Assembly: GCA_030390025.1 (NCBI GenBank)
Contig: CM059432.1
Location: 107,200,001-107,264,000, forward strand
DNA from: Squalus acanthias
Lineage: Eukaryota
Direction of reading: 5' to 3'
DNA length: 64,000 bases
Positions within the stretch are counted from its first letter, which is position 1; every line of letters starts with the position of its first letter. A model generated the notes under the pieces. It made no database searches. It was not told where the DNA came from and was given only the letters and a program-made list of their open reading frames with translations. The translations under genes and the position numbers were made by a program. Below, piece by piece: positions 62,437 to 64,000 of the stretch.

Positions 62437-64000
62437 CATAGCATAGATACATAGATACATAGATACATAGATACATAGAAGATAGGAGCAGGAGTAGGCC
62501 ATCCGGCCCTTCGAGCCTGCTCCGCCATTTAATGAGATCATGGCTGATCCTCCAATTCAGTATCCCGTCCCCGCCTTCTCTCCGTAACCCTTAACCCCTT
62601 TTGCCTGTAGAAATATATCTAATTCCCTCTTAAATATATTTAATGAGCTGGCGTACACTGCCCTCTGTGGCAATGAGTTCCACAGGTTCACCACCCTCTG
62701 AGTGAAGAAATTCCCCCTCATTTCTGTCCTAAATGGTTTAGCCCTTATCCTTAAATTATGTATTCTAGTTCTGTTCTCACCCGCCAAGGGAAACATTCCT
62801 TCTGCATCTAGTCTGTCTAGACCTGTCAGAATTTTATACACTTCTATGAGGTCCCCTCTCAATCTTCTAAACTCCAGTGTGTACATCCCTAAACTACATA
62901 GTCTCTCCTCAGAGGTCAATCCCGCCATTCCTGGTATCAGCCTGGTGAATCGCCGCTGCACCCCCTCCATGGCAAGAACATCTTTCCTCAGATGAGGCGA
63001 CCAAAACTGTACACAGTACTCGAGGTGTGGTCTCACCAGTGCCCTGTACAGCTGCAGCAAGGTATCCCTGTTCCTGTATTCCAACCCTTTTGCTATGAAG
63101 GCCAGCATACCGTTTGCCTTCTTGACCGCCTGTTGCACCTGCATGCTCGCCTTCAGTGACTGGTGTACAAGAACACCCAGGTCTCTCTGTACTTCCCCCT
63201 CTCCCAATTTATTGCCATTTAAATAATAATTTGCCCTCCCGTTCCTGCACCCAAGGTGGATAACTTCGCACTTGTCCACATTATAGTGCATCTGCCATTT
63301 ATCCGCCCAATCACCCAGTCTGTCCAAATCGCTCTGGAGCTTCCTGGTCTCCTCCTCTGAGCCCACCCCCCCTCCTAGTTTAGTGTCGTCTGCAAATTTG
63401 GAAATGCTGCATCCGACTCCCTGATCCAGGTCATTAATGTAAATTGTGAACAGCTGGGGACCCAGGACAGATCCCTGTGGTACCCCACTTGTTACTGCCT
63501 GCCATTCAGAAAATGAGCCGTTTATTCCAACTCTCTGTTTTCTATCTGACAGCCAGTTCTCTATCCACGTCAATACTTTCCCCTTTATCCCATGAGCTTC
63601 AATTTTCCATGCTAATCTTTTATGTGGGACCTTATCGAAGGCCTTTTGGAAGTCCAGGTACACCACATCTACTGGCTCTCCCCCATCTATTTTACCAGTT
63701 ACTCCCTCAAAAAATTCCAATAGATTAGTCAAGCACGATTTACCCTTTGTAAATCCATGTTGACTCTGTCCTATCCTGTCCCCATTTGCTAAGTGCTCTG
63801 CTATTTCATCCTTAATGATGGACTCCAGCATTTTGCCCACAACTGATGTAAGGCTTACAGGTCTGTAATTACCTGCTTTTTCCCTACCCCCCTTTTTGAA
63901 TAGTGGGGTAACGTTAGCTACCCTCCAATCCATGGGCACTGTTCCCGAGTCTAATGAATTCTGAAAAATCATACTTAGTGCATCCGCTATCTCTAGGGCC
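62437..64000 (-). mobile_element. Young CR1 LINE in intron 1 of the Harbinger Myb gene
   Basis: Uninterrupted 471-aa RT ORF 62557-63972; 3' tail (tatgtatc)n. Confidence 0.95.

Larger units (their letters stand above)
59118..64000. mobile_element. PIF/Harbinger transposon copy 3 (transposase +, Myb -), runs off the window, CR1 inserted
   Basis: Left TIR gggctggattttc with gaggcggg repeats; convergent gene pair. Confidence 0.93.

Overview
Eukaryotic (vertebrate) DNA, most likely from a cartilaginous fish; this is inferred from the CR1, Deu-SINE and Penelope repertoire, not proven. The only host gene I can support is the 3' end of a multiplexin collagen, best read as col15a1, on the minus strand. 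Its three last coding exons (58266-58463, 44824-44936, 44150-44369) have canonical GT-AG sites, consistent phases, and encode the restin/endostatin domain and stop. The rest of the window is mostly transposon-derived. It contains many CR1 LINEs, a second CR1/L2-group LINE, an L2, and a Penelope element with a hammerhead ribozyme plus two short Penelope-terminus insertions. There are three PIF/Harbinger elements (DDE transposase plus convergent Myb/SANT gene), many Harbinger-type MITEs, Tigger- and Charlie-like MITEs, several SINE families and four minisatellites. A decayed Gypsy pol gene is spread over about 15 kb by nested insertions. No prokaryotic system (CRISPR etc.) is present and I did not find a clearly new biological system. 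The best leads are ribozyme-bounded Penelope mini-insertions, selective loss of the Myb partner in all three Harbingers, and possible TE-derived or cryptic exons in col15a1 introns. Repeat boundaries are approximate unless TIR or TSD evidence is given.
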